Source of the DNA: Octopus sinensis
Taxonomy: Eukaryota
Length of the DNA stretch: 64,000 bases
Direction: 5' to 3'
NCBI RefSeq assembly: GCF_006345805.1
Contig: NC_043016.1
Span: forward strand, 19,592,001 to 19,656,000
The notes beneath the pieces were generated by a model that worked only from the letters and a program-made list of their open reading frames with translations, ran no database searches and had not been told where the DNA came from. The translations under genes and the position numbers were made by a program. Numbering within the stretch: the first letter of the stretch is position 1; every line of letters starts with the position of its first letter. Below, piece after piece: positions 62,397 to 64,000 of the stretch.

Positions 62397-62627
62397 TTTT
62401 CTTTATTGCCCACAAGGGGCTAAACATAGAGGGGACAAACAAGGACAGAGAAAGGGATTAAGTCGATTACATCGACCCCAGTGTGAAACTGGTACTTTAT
62501 TTATCAACCCTGAAAGGATGAAAGGCAAAATCAACCTTGGCGGAATTTGAACTCGGAATGTAATGACAGACGAAATACCGCTAAGCATTTCGCCCGGCAC
62601 ACTAACGTGTCTGCCAGCTCGTCACCT
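62397..62627 (-). mobile_element. SINE A with TSD catgtatgcatt
   Basis: TSD on both sides. Confidence 0.9.
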
Positions 62628-63120
62628 TCATGTATGCATTTTTATATGCACACATGCACATACACACCTTTATATGTAGAGTGAATAATAGTGTAGCCAA
62701 ATGGTCAAGGAGTTGCTTTTTCAATCAAAAACTTAATGTTCAGTTCTGCCTCATTGCATGTAGCCTTTTACTGTAGCCTCAGGTTGATAATTGTCTTGTT
62801 AGGACACTGTATTGGAGCATGTCAGATTGTTCCATAATTCTGAAATCCAGTTTTGTTCACACTGTCACACACTAATTTTCCCTGAGAATTATGTTAAGAG
62901 AATATTTCTAGCGGGATATTCACCCATTTACTTGCTAATTTAATGAACATACTTAATTGTATCCATCATCATTGTTTACATGTCCACTTTTCCATGCATG
63001 CATATGTTGGGCAGAGTTTTTATTGAGGTGGATTTTCTAACTCCGGATGTCCTTTCTGTTACCAACCCTCACCTATTTTGAATCAAAGTAATATTTTTCT
63101 ATGACTATATATTTTAGATG

Positions 63121-63349
63121 GAGGTGGCAAGCTGGCAGAGACGCTAGCGTGCCGGGCGAAATGCCTAGTGGTATTTCGTCTGCCATTATGTTCTGAGTTC
63201 AAATTCCGCCGAGGTCGACTTTCCTTTTCACCCTTTTGGGGTCGATAAATAAAGTACCAGTTACGCACTGGGGTCGATATAATCGACTTAATCCCTTTGT
63301 CTGTCTTTGTACCCTCTATGTTTAGCCCCTTGTGGGCAATAAAGAAATA
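63121..63349 (+). mobile_element. SINE A nested in a minus-strand SINE B variant
   Basis: Full family A body; atatattttta-like flanks. Confidence 0.88.
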
Positions 63350-64000
63350 TATATATTTTAACAGAAGATGAATGAAGGACACTGCTTGCATGATGGTAAC
63401 ATTTGTTTATAACTATGACACAATGTCAAGGCAAGGAGACAGTTACATGCACAAATAGATATACACACATACACACAACAAGCTTCTTTCAATTTCCATC
63501 TACCAAATTCTCTCAAGGCCTCAGTCGGCCTGGAACTATGACAGTAGACATTTGCCCAAGGTACCACACAGGTAAAAGATCATGGGTAGAAATTCTGCCC
63601 AAGTTTCATTTCTTTATTGTGTAAGTAACACGAAAAATATTTTAACTACAGGTAATGTGATCAACTTAAAATCCACAAATATAAAGATTGACCCACCAGG
63701 TGGAAATCTGGATAGATGCTGAATCTGGTTATTGAACCAGTAAGATAAGCAGTTATATAAACAACCCAGTAAGTTCATTGATATGTAAAAACCACATTCC
63801 TGAGTATAAAGATAAAAGAGTAAACCTATCAGAAACCTTTGATAATAATACCAATGTATTAAAGGTAAAAGTGCATATGTGGAAAATAGGAACACTGCAA
63901 TTAATTAGATTTAATGCAGTGACTGGCTCTAGACCAGTACTCCATAACCATTTTTTTTATTTGGTGGCACACCTGAACTAAAAATATAACTCCAGGTATA

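Noticed and set aside
63652-63864. Possible exon between tacag and aag|gtaaaa
   Set aside because: No frame is open across the interval

Overview
AT-rich, repeat-saturated eukaryotic non-coding DNA with no intact host protein-coding gene that I can recognise. The repeat families (tRNA-headed SINEs with microsatellite hinges, RTE LINE 3' ends ending in (GAT)n, very dense (TA)n/(CA)n) look like those of a coleoid cephalopod such as Octopus; this is an inference from memory, not a database result. Supported content: one full-length, inactivated DD34D mariner (6937-8212) and several mariner remnants; RTE, CR1 and Penelope-like retroelement fragments; more than 35 SINE or LINE-tail copies, many with TSDs and nested in one another; non-autonomous Helitrons, including a 3 x 509 bp head-to-tail array; hAT-like, piggyBac-like and GG..CC/8-bp-TSD MITEs; and long palindromes. 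Possible host signals are a CpG-retaining, putatively bidirectional promoter near 24.5-24.9 kb and a short candidate first coding exon at 40014-40108. The most interesting observation is a Penelope-like element whose 3' terminal region carries a tRNA-like Pol III promoter, an (AAT)n tract and a minimal hammerhead ribozyme. The same cassette also occurs as a free-standing SINE-like copy, and a second Penelope-type hammerhead lies nearby. Nearly all ORFs in the supplied track are microsatellite or SINE artefacts.
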